From Eledone cirrhosa (taxonomy: Eukaryota): 64,000 nt of DNA. Below are positions 24,416 to 36,752 of this stretch, piece after piece. The translations under genes were made by a program, and so were the position numbers. Position 1 is the first letter of the stretch; every line of letters begins with the position of its first letter. The notes beneath the pieces were generated by a model. That model was not told where the DNA came from and did not search any database. It saw only the letters and a list, made by a program, of their open reading frames with translations. The DNA lies in the NCBI GenBank assembly GCA_964016885.1, contig OZ024751.1:30318001-30382000 (forward strand). Direction: 5' to 3'.

Positions 24416-26251
24416 ATGGCGGAAAAGATGGCAGACATGTCTGCCATTAGCTCTGCCACGCCCCCCAAGTCTGAAGAACAAAAAATAATTACAACAAAAT
24501 TAGACATTGAAACAAACAAACAAAATGAAAAAACAAATGTTAAGGAAAATGAGCAAACAGAAAACAAACAAACAGAAAATAATACAAATAACGACAGGGC
24601 AACTTTCGCCCAGAAAACAAAGCAATCCATTACATACACACCAATTGACCTAACTGCCGCCAGAGAAAAACTGGCCGAAGCAAAGAAACATATTGTTTTG
24701 GGGGAAAACGGAATGTTTTCCATTAACTCCCCCCCAGAATTCAAGAAAGCCAGAGCAGAAAACACAGTTATATACAGAACTATACTAAACCAGTCAAGAA
24801 AGCCAGCACAGCCCAGCCAAATGGAAATAGAGTTAGTCCTAAAAGACTATATGAAGAATATTCTCTTCATACGAAAGGACCGACTCTATGGCAGCATTTC
24901 GGTCCTAACAAGAGACAAAGAAACGGCGGTTCAGCTTTCCCTAAGCCCACTCTCGTCGACAACATATAGCTTCTATCCCTCCTACATGGGTAGAAGAACA
25001 CAGAGGGTAAAAGTAAAAACAATGCTGCCCACAATGGACTTCTGGTGGGCTATTGCTGGCTTCATTGATATGGGCGAAGACACTATGCTGTCAATGGGGA
25101 AGGCAACTGGAGATGCGTTCCTGGGAATGGGCCTCGACATACTAGTCCAAATGAGGCCCGAAAGAATAGCACAAATCCCGGATCGCATCTGGCTGGATGA
25201 CCTTACCCCAATAGACATAATTGTAGAGGGGAGAAGACCAGCATGCTATTTATGCATGGAAAGGGGACACGTTAAGGCTAACTGCCCGAAACGTATCCCC
25301 CAAAAAGGACTATTGCCCACACCCACCACAAACAGTACACCAGCACCACCCACCTCCAAAAATACACTAATACCACACACAGCAAACAAAATACAGACAC
25401 CACCAACCACAAACACAACACAAACATCACCACCACCAGCACCAAACACAAGCACGACACAAAAATCACCACCACCAACCACAACACAAACATCACCACC
25501 ACCATTACCAACCACAAGCACGACACAAACATTACCACCACCACCACCACAAAACCCATTCCAAACAAATAATAAAAAAAACAGTAACAAATCTACCCCT
25601 CCCGCAAAAAAAAAACAACCACACAACACGTCCCTCCCACCTAGCGCTGAAGAGTTTCCCCCAACTTCTGAAGAAGAAGGAGGAGAAGCCTTCAGACAAG
25701 TTAAAAGAAAAAAAAGAAAACACACACCCAGCACACCACAAATAACCCACACACAAACACCAACTCCAATCAAAAACACCCCACCCTCAACAAACAAAAA
25801 TAAATCTGCGCCTCCCCTCTCCGAAACATTGACAGCATCACAAAAAAAGACGTTGCAATACACATATATAAATAAAGAAAACAAAAAACTGGTTAAATTA
25901 ATAAACAATAACCCTATGGTGCAGACCGAAGGGCCAAACTTTATCTCAACAGAGAACTTCACCCATTTAAAAATGATAAAGGTCCCTCTGGACCTTTATC
26001 GTTCCTTAAAAGAACAATTTAGACGGGACGTGAGCCCCCCCTGTTTAAAACCGTTGAATCGCGTCCTCTTGAAAGATTTCCCCATAACCGCCCCTCTCCC
26101 TGACACAACTCCAAATACCCCAACCCCACCACACACGTGTACCCCCACACCACCACAAAACATCCCTCCACCCAACACACCTGATGCCATGGAAATTACG
26201 CAACCCGGAGAGGTAAGTGCTTTTCTTTCTTCACTTTCAACACCAAAATAG
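24416..26251 (+). CDS. LINE ORF1, gag-like nucleic-acid-binding protein with zinc knuckle
   Basis: First ATG in strong context (GCAGCATGG, 24416); EGRRPACYLCMERGHVKANCP = CX2CX4HX4C, typical of Tx1 ORF1; Pro/Thr-rich tail and basic VKRKKRK patch. Confidence 0.88.
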   Translation: MAEKMADMSAISSATPPKSEEQKIITTKLDIETNKQNEKTNVKENEQTENKQTENNTNNDRATFAQKTKQSITYTPIDLTAAREKLAEAKKHIVLGENGMFSINSPPEFKKARAENTVIYRTILNQSRKPAQPSQMEIELVLKDYMKNILFIRKDRLYGSISVLTRDKETAVQLSLSPLSSTTYSFYPSYMGRRTQRVKVKTMLPTMDFWWAIAGFIDMGEDTMLSMGKATGDAFLGMGLDILVQMRPERIAQIPDRIWLDDLTPIDIIVEGRRPACYLCMERGHVKANCPKRIPQKGLLPTPTTNSTPAPPTSKNTLIPHTANKIQTPPTTNTTQTSPPPAPNTSTTQKSPPPTTTQTSPPPLPTTSTTQTLPPPPPQNPFQTNNKKNSNKSTPPAKKKQPHNTSLPPSAEEFPPTSEEEGGEAFRQVKRKKRKHTPSTPQITHTQTPTPIKNTPPSTNKNKSAPPLSETLTASQKKTLQYTYINKENKKLVKLINNNPMVQTEGPNFISTENFTHLKMIKVPLDLYRSLKEQFRRDVSPPCLKPLNRVLLKDFPITAPLPDTTPNTPTPPHTCTPTPPQNIPPPNTPDAMEITQPGEVSAFLSSLSTPK

Positions 26252-26256
26252 ATCAA

Positions 26257-29200
26257 TTGAGAGTTGGCTGTTTGAACGCGCGTGGCCTGAGCTCAGCTTG
26301 GAAGCAAGCAAAGCTTCTAAGTGACCTCAGGTCACAAAGTATAGATGTGATGGTTGTTTGCGAGAGTCGGATCAGCAGCGTGAGACAGCTGGCGCCCGCC
26401 TTCGATGACTTTGAGATGCACGCATCTCTCTGTCAACCCGGAGGCGGGGGGGGAGTTGCCGTACTGCTGGATAAACGTCTGACTCTCGACGTACAGATTG
26501 TTCACTCGGACCCGGGGGGTCGATTACTGGTGCTGGACGTCGGAGGTGGTGAAGGCGGGGCTTTCAGACTGGTCGGTCTTTATGCTCCCTTCGGGGCGGA
26601 GAGAGCCGACTTCTTCCAACGTCTGGAGACTTTTCTAGGAACCTCGCGTTCCCTGCTTTTAGTGGGGGACTGGAATGGAATCCTAGATGCGCGTTGGGAC
26701 TATGCAGGGGCATGTCCCGATAGAGGGGGGTGTAGCAGCCTCAAGGGGTTACTCGATCGATTCGACCTGGTCGATAGATTTCGACTAGATTGTCCAACTG
26801 CGCCAACCTGGACCTGGGCAAACCGCAGTGGACAATCTAGATCGTACCTAGATAGGTTTTTGGTTAGGAGTAAGGATAGGGACGTATTTAGTTGTCCAGA
26901 ACTGATCATGGTTGGCTATTCAGATCACAAATTAGTGACCTGCGTGGTCAACCTTGATAGAACGCATAGACAGGGTCCCGGTTACTGGAAGATGAACTTG
27001 TCCTTACCGACAAAGAAAGATTACAGAAACCGGATTAGTAGCTTAGTTAAGATGCGGTTGACGGGAGCGATCGTCAACAGTAGGTGGTGGATATCTCTAA
27101 AGAGAGAGATTAGAGTAAGTTCGATAGGTTACAGTAAGGAACTAGCGGCGAATAGAAATAGGAGGGAAAGGGAGTTAACAGATAAACTAGAAGAGGCGAT
27201 TAGGAGCGGAGACGTAGCCAGAGTGTTAGCGACGAGAACGGCATTGAGCCAGTTCTTTGACGCGAAGCACGAAGGCTGCGTTGTCCGAAGTAAAATACGT
27301 GCTTTAGGAAACGAGGGGACCAAAGCTGTTAGCTGGGCCCGCGTGACAGAAGCCAAGAGTGGGATTAAATCCACCATTCGGTCTTTGCGAGACCAGGATG
27401 GACGGGTGATCCTTGAACCTGAGCGAATGTGCGAGACCTTTCAAAGGCACTTTGCTCGACTGTTCGGAGGTGGCGGGGGGCCGGACGGGGATGTGGACTT
27501 CGGTCCATACCTCGACGGTCTACCGCGTCTTTCGAGCGGCGAAGCGGAGTGCTGCGAAGGGCCAATCACAGCCACTGAAATCGGGGAAGCGCTCAGCCAA
27601 TGCAGCAGACGCAAATCCCCGGGTCTCGATGGTCTACCATACGAACTTTATTTAGCTATGCCGGTCTTGTTCTCCGAACTCCTCGAGGCTGTCTATTGCA
27701 ACTGGCAACAGAACGGGAGAATTCCCTGTTCTGTGACCAAGGGCGTGGTCACGCTAGTGAGGAAGGACGAGAGCAAGGGGGACGACTTAAGTAACTTTAG
27801 GCCCATAACTCTGCTGAATGCAGAGTTACAGATTTTGGCCAAGGTGTTGGCGAAGAGGTTGGCGCTTGTGGTGGGTGGTTTGGTGGGAGACGCGCAGACA
27901 TGCGCTATCCCGTCCAGGTCCATTCACGACAACCTCCACCTCATGCGATACATCATAGAGAGGGTTGGCTACGAACCCGGCTTTGGTGGGGCCCTGATCA
28001 ACTTGGATCAATCTAAGGCGTTCGATAGGGTCGACCATGGTTACCTGGATGCGGTGCTAGCGGCGGCGGGCTTCGGACCCGTTTTCAGGGGCTGGATTTC
28101 TGCCATGCACAGTGGCAACATCTACTCTAGGATTAAAGTAAACGGCTACCTCTCGGAGCCGTTTCAAATCACCCGATCCATCAGACAGGGGTGCCCCCTC
28201 TCCTCCCTTCTGTACGTATTGACTCTCGAGCCACTGCTGCGGAAGTTGGAGTTGCTGCGGGGCATACCCCTGGAACCGGGATTGCACAAAGCAGTCTCGG
28301 CCTATGCCGACGACGTAACAGTAATGGTGGCGGACGCCTCGGAAATCGGGGCGATCGCCACCCTACTGGAGGAATACGAAAGGCTGACGGGGGCTAAGCT
28401 GAACCAGGACAAGTCAGTCGGTTTGCAACTCGGAACGTGGAGGGGCAAACCGATGCCGTTAGACGGTGTCGTCGGGCGGTGGACGGAGGGCCCGGTGAAG
28501 CTGCTCGGGGTCTGGTTCGGACCGGACCTCCAGGTGGAGAAGAATTGGGGCGAGGTGACGAGCAGGGTGTTTGCGCTGACCCAGAAGTGGGCCAAGTGCA
28601 AACTATCACTGAAAGGTCGGGCGGAGGTGACGAACGCTTACATAGCGTCCGTCATCTACTACCGCCTGACCGTCGTGCCTTGCCCCAAGGAAAAGCTCAC
28701 CATCATGGAACGCATGCTCTTCCAGTTCCTCTGGAAGAAGCGGCCTCCCATGGTGAGGAGATCCATCTGCTGCCAGCACCCTTCGAAAGGAGGGCTGGGT
28801 ATGCCGTGGCTGTTGATGCGTAGGCACGCATTGAGGCTACGGCATCTACAGGTATTCCTCAACGGTCAGCCGGTGTGGGCCCCGTTTGTGAGGCGAGCCT
28901 TCCCACAGCTCGTCTCGCTCACCGAACTGCAATCCTGGGTGAAGCAAAGACCGAGAAAACTGGGCAACTGGCACACTGAGTGTGCCCAGGCGCTCACGGC
29001 TATCTGGCAAGCGGACCCGACTGTCAGTGGAGAATCCACCTCGACATTCTATAGAGGGTTGGTGGCTAGCAGGGGCGACGACACCCTTGGAGAGTCGCTA
29101 GGCATGGAGGAGGACGAACTGGCCAGCCTGTTCGGTAGAACTTTCGGCCCGGGACCCATGGACAACTTCCAGAGGTCCCTAGCCTGGCAGTGTTACCGGG

Positions 29201-29685
29201 GGGCTCTGCCCGTTCGAGAAAAGCTCTACAGACACGGGCGCCCGGGCAGGGATCCCGCGAAAAAGATCTGTCCCAGATGCGTGCGCGACGAGGAAACCGT
29301 TGCGCATGCACTGGTACACTGCCCGGGCGTTGCCGATCTGTGGGGCTACGTCGAACGACTGCTGTCGCGTGTGGCGCCGATTCGATTAACCGCCGAGTCT
29401 GTGGTGAACATCAAGCCGCCTCCTCCCTTCAGAAATGAAGCAGAGGCGGTCTTTCTGTGCGTAATAGCCATGATGAAAGAGGTTGTGTGGTGGACGCGCC
29501 TGAAAGGTCTGAGGTCGGGTGACTTTCTCTCCGGCCATCACCTGGTTTACTTCTTCCGATACCACTTCGGAAGAAGAATCAGGATGGAGAGAGAAGTGCT
29601 TGGTCCCAGACAGTTTTATGAAAGGTGGGTGAAAGAAGCGAGAATGGCCCGTGTAAATGGGCCTTCTCTCTACATTGTTCTGTAG
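26257..29685 (+). CDS. LINE ORF2: AP endonuclease + reverse transcriptase + C-terminal zinc-binding motif
   Basis: APE motifs LNARGL, GDWN, SYLDRF, SDHK; RT motifs KSPGLDGL, FRPITLLN, DQSKAFDRV, RQGCPLS, YADD; C-terminal CPRC..ETVAHALVHC. The codon at 26257 is TTG, not ATG. Confidence 0.95.
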   Translation: MRVGCLNARGLSSAWKQAKLLSDLRSQSIDVMVVCESRISSVRQLAPAFDDFEMHASLCQPGGGGGVAVLLDKRLTLDVQIVHSDPGGRLLVLDVGGGEGGAFRLVGLYAPFGAERADFFQRLETFLGTSRSLLLVGDWNGILDARWDYAGACPDRGGCSSLKGLLDRFDLVDRFRLDCPTAPTWTWANRSGQSRSYLDRFLVRSKDRDVFSCPELIMVGYSDHKLVTCVVNLDRTHRQGPGYWKMNLSLPTKKDYRNRISSLVKMRLTGAIVNSRWWISLKREIRVSSIGYSKELAANRNRRERELTDKLEEAIRSGDVARVLATRTALSQFFDAKHEGCVVRSKIRALGNEGTKAVSWARVTEAKSGIKSTIRSLRDQDGRVILEPERMCETFQRHFARLFGGGGGPDGDVDFGPYLDGLPRLSSGEAECCEGPITATEIGEALSQCSRRKSPGLDGLPYELYLAMPVLFSELLEAVYCNWQQNGRIPCSVTKGVVTLVRKDESKGDDLSNFRPITLLNAELQILAKVLAKRLALVVGGLVGDAQTCAIPSRSIHDNLHLMRYIIERVGYEPGFGGALINLDQSKAFDRVDHGYLDAVLAAAGFGPVFRGWISAMHSGNIYSRIKVNGYLSEPFQITRSIRQGCPLSSLLYVLTLEPLLRKLELLRGIPLEPGLHKAVSAYADDVTVMVADASEIGAIATLLEEYERLTGAKLNQDKSVGLQLGTWRGKPMPLDGVVGRWTEGPVKLLGVWFGPDLQVEKNWGEVTSRVFALTQKWAKCKLSLKGRAEVTNAYIASVIYYRLTVVPCPKEKLTIMERMLFQFLWKKRPPMVRRSICCQHPSKGGLGMPWLLMRRHALRLRHLQVFLNGQPVWAPFVRRAFPQLVSLTELQSWVKQRPRKLGNWHTECAQALTAIWQADPTVSGESTSTFYRGLVASRGDDTLGESLGMEEDELASLFGRTFGPGPMDNFQRSLAWQCYRGALPVREKLYRHGRPGRDPAKKICPRCVRDEETVAHALVHCPGVADLWGYVERLLSRVAPIRLTAESVVNIKPPPPFRNEAEAVFLCVIAMMKEVVWWTRLKGLRSGDFLSGHHLVYFFRYHFGRRIRMEREVLGPRQFYERWVKEARMARVNGPSLYIVL

Positions 29686-29916
29686 GTGAAGAAGTGAAGA
29701 GGAAAGGGGGAGCGCCTCCTCTCTGGGCTTCCCCCGCGAAAAGAGTTGCACACTTTTCGGGGGTGTGTGCAATCCCCAACACGCCCCCTCCCTTTTGAGG
29801 ACTTTTTATTGTTATATTATTATTGTTATTCCTTTTTTCTTTACTCGATTTATGTAAACTCCCCCACTGTGTAAATGTCCCCTTCTTTTGTGCCCTCGTG
29901 GCAAATAAATAGAAAT

Positions 29917-29975
<59 letters not shown>

Positions 29976-29979
29976 CCTA

Positions 29980-30048
<69 letters not shown>

Positions 30049-30199
30049 CTTTCCCCCCCTCTGTCCCCCTCCCTCTCTCTCTTTCTCTTTCTCTGTATAC
30101 ATACACACACATATACACACACACACATATATATATATATTTAAAACAACGAACTGGAAATATCTCTTTAAAGTTTTAATGTTGCAAAATGTATATATG

Positions 30200-30243
<44 letters not shown>

Positions 30244-30279
30244 GTCTGTTTGAGTATGTAAGCGTTCTTTGATTTCTTT

Positions 30280-30338
<59 letters not shown>

Positions 30339-31213
30339 GTGTGTGTGTGTGGTAATGATGAAGGTATATCTGTTAGATACGTCAGTTCTTTGAAATTGTT
30401 ATTCTGGTTTAGACGTTCTGCTTCTTGTGTCGGTGACACACACAAATAGTGGGTAAAACGTCTGCATAGAAACTCTGTCATTTTCTACCTCTTTCGTTTA
30501 ATTCTCATTCTCACATCTACAATATATGTGGTATATAGAGACCTGCAACTCCTGGTGGAGTCACAACAGCATTGTCGTAATATACGACAACCTTGGTTGA
30601 ACCCATCCTATTTCAAGCCAAGGTCTGAACACAGTTGATTTCCTCCATAGAGAGAGGGAGCAAAGGAAAGAGAGGTGGGAAACGGAAGGGGTGGGGGAAA
30701 GAGAGAGACAGATATATAAAGAATCCACCCCAGTACTGGATTGATATTTTATTATCAATCTCGAAACGTTAAAAGGTAAATTTGACCTCGGCTGAATTTG
30801 AACTCATCTTTCTGCTTTTTTCTTATTCTGTCTCTCACTCTTTCTCTCTCTCTTTCTCTCTCTCACTCCCACTCTCCCCCTCTTCTTCACTCTACTTGTC
30901 CTTCTCTCACACTCGTTCTCTCGTCTTTTTCCTCCACCCTTTTCTTCCATCCATCCTATTTCCCTTTATCCTTTAGATTCGGTTTTGTAGTAGACCTATT
31001 TCTGTTAAGTCCAGTCAACTACATTTCTTTGATAACAATCTTAAATTTTTCCATTTTTCCCGCGTTAACATGTGGCACATTTTGCATCAATGTCTTAATT
31101 CACCCACATGTCTGTTGTTTCTATCTATTTAGCTCTGCTTTTGTCAAAAGACATCCAACAATTTCCCTGTCAAATTTTTGAGAATTTTCTTACCCGTATT
31201 TTCTCACATATTT

Positions 31214-31386
31214 CTTAACAGAGCATCTCACCAATCTAGCTCAAACTAGCATTACAACAGCAACCCCATCTTAACAGAGCATCTCACCAATCTAGCTCAA
31301 ACTAGCATTACAACAGCAACCCCATCTTAACAGAGCATCTCACCAATCTAGCTCAAACTAGCATTACAACAGCAACCCCATCTTAA
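31214..31386. repeat. 56-bp tandem repeat, 3 identical copies
   Basis: cttaacagagcatctcaccaatctagctcaaactagcattacaacagcaaccccat at 31214, 31270, 31326. Confidence 0.95.
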
Positions 31387-31616
31387 TGCGTGAAATTGCA
31401 CGCTAGCAGGTGGCTGACGAGAGAGAGATGTAGTTATTCGTTCGTCTTATGTACCTTTCTTTGCGTATACATGCATACATACATACATACATACATACAT
31501 ACATACATACATACATACATACATACACACAAACACATACATACATACATACATACATACATGCATACATACGCACAAACACATACATACATACATACAT
31601 ACATACATACATACAT

Positions 31617-31651
<35 letters not shown>

Positions 31652-31957
31652 TACATACATACATACATACATACATACATACATACATACATACATACAT
31701 ACATACATACATACATACACACACACATACATACATACATACATACACATTGAAGCTGAAATGTGCCTAGACGTTGATAAAACGATTTGAAGTATCATTT
31801 TTCGTTTTTCCTTTGGGTGCCCTTTTTTATGGGGAGGGGATGTGGGGCCGTTTTTTATTTGGGTGCCTGTTTTTTATGGGATGGTGTCCGTTATTTATTT
31901 GGGTGCCCGTTTTTTATGGGGGGGGGGGGGGGTTTATTTGCGATATATCAAATCATA

Positions 31958-32022
31958 TATTTTATCTGACGAGGACGTACTGAAAAAACAACACAGTACC
32001 TTTGAAATATATATAATAAAGC
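31958..32022 (+). ncRNA. Type-I hammerhead ribozyme motif, (AT)4-helix-III family
   Basis: TTTTAT-CTGACGA-GGA c GTACTG [11 nt] CAGTAC c TTT-GAA-ATATATAT-A^ATAAAG; predicted cleavage after AUA at 32015. Confidence 0.65.
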
Positions 32023-32066
32023 ATATATTTTGATTGTGTGAATATCCTTCATTTGTTAATATGTTG

Positions 32067-32128
<62 letters not shown>

Positions 32129-32210
32129 CATGTTATCCATGTGCTACCTGCAGTATTTCTCTCCCCATGTTATCACATATATTTACCTATACTGCGATTC
32201 TGTTTTTTTT

Positions 32211-32241
<31 letters not shown>

Positions 32242-32701
32242 TACTGCTCCCTCATTCTCTCTGTTTCTCCTACTTTCTTTCGCCCCCTCTGTCGTGTCAG
32301 TTAACTCTTCCTCACACTTCCACTCACTCACTCGCTGTTTCTCCTCTCCTCACTTCACCCCGTTCGTAACGAAAGCAATTTCTCTCTTTCTTACATTGCA
32401 TTCGTTTGCGAAAGGTCTGTTTTCTAAGCGCTCATATATTCACCTAGCTTACGCTAACAGAATAACTATGAAGCTTGTTTCCTTCCTCTACGGTTAGCTC
32501 TACTCTTTGTTGTTTTCCTGTCTCACTCGCTTTACGCGTTTTAATTGTCCTAATAACTTAATTTAGTTATTATTGCACCGACGTGAGGTATATGATTTTT
32601 AATGCAATGAAATATCTATGATCGTCGGCAAATCACTGATGAGGGAGTCATTTTATTACATGTTATCCATGTGCTACCAGCAGTATTTTTCTCCCCATTT
32701 T

Positions 32702-32760
<59 letters not shown>

Positions 32761-32831
32761 TATACTCTACTATCCTAAGTATGGAATTCTCTGTTGCGTA
32801 ATAGTGTAACTAGTTTAAAACTGGCTCTATC

Positions 32832-32888
<57 letters not shown>

Positions 32889-32943
32889 ACGCCTGACTTC
32901 TGTTTCTTATTGTTCTATGCACACACACACACACACACACACA

Positions 32944-32978
<35 letters not shown>

Positions 32979-33408
32979 TGTGTGTGCCCAGGCGTATTAA
33001 TGAACCCAGCCAAATTTCTAAGAGTTAATCGTGTGAAGTAACCGTGACTAGATACCAAAGATACCAAGATTCATTATTGTAACTCATTAGCTCTCATTAT
33101 AATGATGTTTCACCATTAAATCTCGGGATTTACATCAAAGAACGATAACTTGGCTCATTATAGCATATGTCATTTTCGTCGACTTTCGCCATCAATCCTA
33201 CTTTGCAGTTTGTCTGTATGTATGTATGTCTATATGCCTTCATATATACATACATACATACATACATACATGATGATGATGATGGCTGCCCCCTCCTTAT
33301 CGAGTATGGCCATTGCACGAGAAAAAAAAACAAATAACAATAATAATAATAACAACAACAATAATAATAACGACAACAACAACAATACATACATACATAC
33401 ATATATAT

Positions 33409-33502
<94 letters not shown>

Positions 33503-34338
33503 ATGTGTGTGTGTGTGTGTGTGTGTATAATATGTTAAAGCCTTATGTAAATCGGAAGGCGACCACTATTAAAAAAGGTACTCAATACGTTAGTAGAGTA
33601 TAGGCATATTCATTTTATTATAGAAATAATTTCTACAAGACTAGAAGTATTTCATTCGTAAGAAATCATCAGATATGAGTGTGTGTGGCTGTGTGTACAT
33701 GCAGCCTGCAACGTAAATGACAACAATAATAGTTGTTCGCTATAAATAACAGTTGAGAAATTCGGGTAGAGTAACTCTGGAAATGGAGAAAAAATAATCG
33801 GTTTGTTATTTTATCTGTAATAAGCGGCTTTCACTGTATATTATATATCAATCGATGAGGTCTGTAATATTTCTTAGTCCTAAGTGATTTCATCTTGTAA
33901 ATATATCTTAGCTAGATATATAAGGTGTCTAACTTAGATTACTCCAAGACATCTGATGCCGTAAACATATCCTCAGTGGATATATTGAGTGTATAACATA
34001 TAACACTGATATGATATTAAACTAACACTCGTAAGACACTGAAGTGACACTCACAAGGTCAACAATTTGTGGGGATTGGGGTGGGGGCAGAGGAAAGTCG
34101 ATTATATCATGGTTCGTATGTTATTAGTAAAACGAGGGCGACATATATATATATGAAAAGTATAGAAATTATTGTACCAAGAAGCCAACCATATTCCATA
34201 ATATATAAGTGACTTTCGCGTCAAAATGGAAAAATAGTTCAAACTCAATTCAAAAAGAATCAGGATATAGATTCATCCACAGAATTTGGTGAAATCCAGG
34301 GAAAAATCAATAGAGCCTTAACTCAGAATAAAATAAAG

Positions 34339-34377
<39 letters not shown>

Positions 34378-34764
34378 CACACACACGAATTGAAAAGGAG
34401 ATTGCATTGTTCATTTCTTCGTTTAATACCGTCGTCAAAATTGTGCACATACGGGCTAGAGGCGGGTGTGGGTGGAGGGTAGAATGATGTAAGCCCAGGG
34501 GGGCCATCTATTGTGAAATGTAGAGCATGACAGAAATATTGTTTGTCGGTCCAGTCTTCATTTGGAATTTTACTGTATACGTTTTAAGGAGAGATGATAG
34601 TAAGACAGGCTCTGTCTTGTCATATAGAAAACACATCTAAGAGATAGGGACACACGTCTTGTAAATGAAATATGACGGTTGTAAAGTTATTCAAATACAT
34701 AGAGCTTCATAGTCACACACACACACACATATATATATACATGTATATACACACACATGTATAC

Positions 34765-34797
<33 letters not shown>

Positions 34798-35023
34798 TAT
34801 ATAATATGTGTGTGTATACGTATGTATATATTTAAATACATATATATATATATATATACATATATATATGTATATATATGTATGTATGTATATATATATT
34901 TATATGTACACACACATATTTATATATATATATGTGTGTGTACATATATATATATATACATACATACATATATATATACATATATATATGTATATATATA
35001 TGTATGTATATATATATATATGT

Positions 35024-35082
<59 letters not shown>

Positions 35083-35677
35083 ATATATATATATATATGT
35101 ATGCATGTATATCAAAGAACAGATGGCTTTTATTGTTTCTGTCTGTCGTGAAGAAGTGTTGGAAACCTTGTTGATAAATTACATTGTCAGAATACACCCA
35201 CTTCACAAACACACTCACACACACGCACACCCGCATACATACGTATATACATATGCACACGAAAACACCCCCTCACACAAGAACATTTATACACACATAT
35301 ACATACGTATACACATACGCACACAAGACCCCTACACACATATGCACACACACACATACATATATACATATAAACACAAGCCCCTCCCCCCACACACACA
35401 TATGTCTATACATATGTATACAAAAACACCCACACTCGCACACAAGCACATTTACACACACACACAGATACAAAGTCACATACAATAGTCAGAATATATT
35501 ATGTCAAACAACCCAACCCCCAACCTCACACCCCCACACATCTCTATCACTTCCCAATTTCACTATTCCACTATAATTATCACAATTATTATATAAAAAT
35601 ATTATTATGACACAAAACACAAACACTGGGGAGATTAGATTGGCGTCTTAGTGGAGCAACGTCTTTAACGGTCGTTG

Positions 35678-35890
35678 TAGATTCCTCGACTTAAGTTTCG
35701 AGTTCAAATCTGGCAAGTATCAAACCATGGATTTAGATTCCCCGACTTACGTTTCGAGTTCAAATCTGGCAAGTGTGAAACGGTGGATTTAGATTCCCCG
35801 ACTTACGTTTCGAGTTCGAATCTTCCGAGTATGAAACGGTGGTTTTAGATTCCTCTACTTACATTTTCAGTTCAAATCTGTCAAGTAAAC
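35678..35890 (+). repeat. 56-bp tandem repeat (4 copies) of a SINE B-box segment
   Basis: tagattcc..gacttacgtttcGAGTTCAAATCtggcaagt.. at 35678, 35734, 35790, 35846. Confidence 0.8.
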
Positions 35891-36711
35891 TCTGTTTTTC
35901 AGTTCTCGAAACGATACAATAAATATGAGGTATGGTATAGACCCGTAACTCCTGAGGAATCGTAGCAACAGATTTCTTCCATAGAAGGATAGAGTGTAGA
36001 GAGTGAGAGGACGGAAGTGAGAAAGAGATATAGAGGAAGAATCGACCCCAGTATTAGACTGGTATTTCTTTTATCGACCTCGAATGAATGAAAGGCAAAG
36101 TTGACCTCGGCGGGACTTGAACCCGGAGAGCAGAGAGCCGGGACGAATACCGCCAAGCATTCTATCAGACGTTCTAACACCGGTACTGCGGACATGTGGT
36201 TAGAATGTCTCAAAAAAGAATCGCAGGATAGATTTTACGGGCAAAGCCAACCCGCAAGAAATCCAATGGTAGACCATGAGCAAGATGGTTGGATACCTTT
36301 CATGAGCTAGTTTGGGGATCCGGCAGGATCATTTGGAGACGGATTCTTTTACCAGGACCCTATGGAAGGTGTCTTGTGGACTCTGCCCTCTCCACACATT
36401 TTCTTAGGAATATGTGGGCGATGAAGAAGAAATGTGATTTAGTGTACGTAGACAAGCAGGAAATGAAGTGGGGTGGGGTGAGCTTGGAGTGGATGAGGGT
36501 GTTTAACAACAGGCATGGGTGGTTGTGTTGGTCTGTATGATATGTGAATGCTCAGACATTCGGCTCTCTGCATGAGAATAAGAATGTAAGGTTATGCAGT
36601 ACTGCAAGTTAAGAGAGCTGTAAAGTTGAACACAAAACTAATCTCCAGCTTAAATTATCAAAATAAACTCACACATGTTATGTTGCACATGAGCACTCAT
36701 ATATATATATT

Positions 36712-36752
<41 letters not shown>

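Larger units (their letters stand above)
24214..29918 (+). mobile_element. Apparently full-length Tx1-clade (L1-group) non-LTR retrotransposon
   Basis: About 200-nt 5' UTR, ORF1 with CCHC knuckle, ORF2 APE-RT-Cys/His, 3' UTR ending in AATAAA (about 29904) with no poly(A); no internal stops; both ends abut (TCTA)n. Confidence 0.92.

Noticed and set aside
26213-26251. GAG|GTAAGT donor, pyrimidine tract and TAG acceptor as a micro-intron fusing LINE ORF1 to ORF2
   Set aside because: The 39-nt removal keeps the ORF1 frame and hits ATC AAT TGA; nearby AGs also do not give the ORF2 frame. The donor may still be used with distant acceptors.
24352-29782. Antisense and alternate-frame ORFs within the LINE
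   Set aside because: By-products of the skewed or GC-rich coding sequence; no recognisable motifs.
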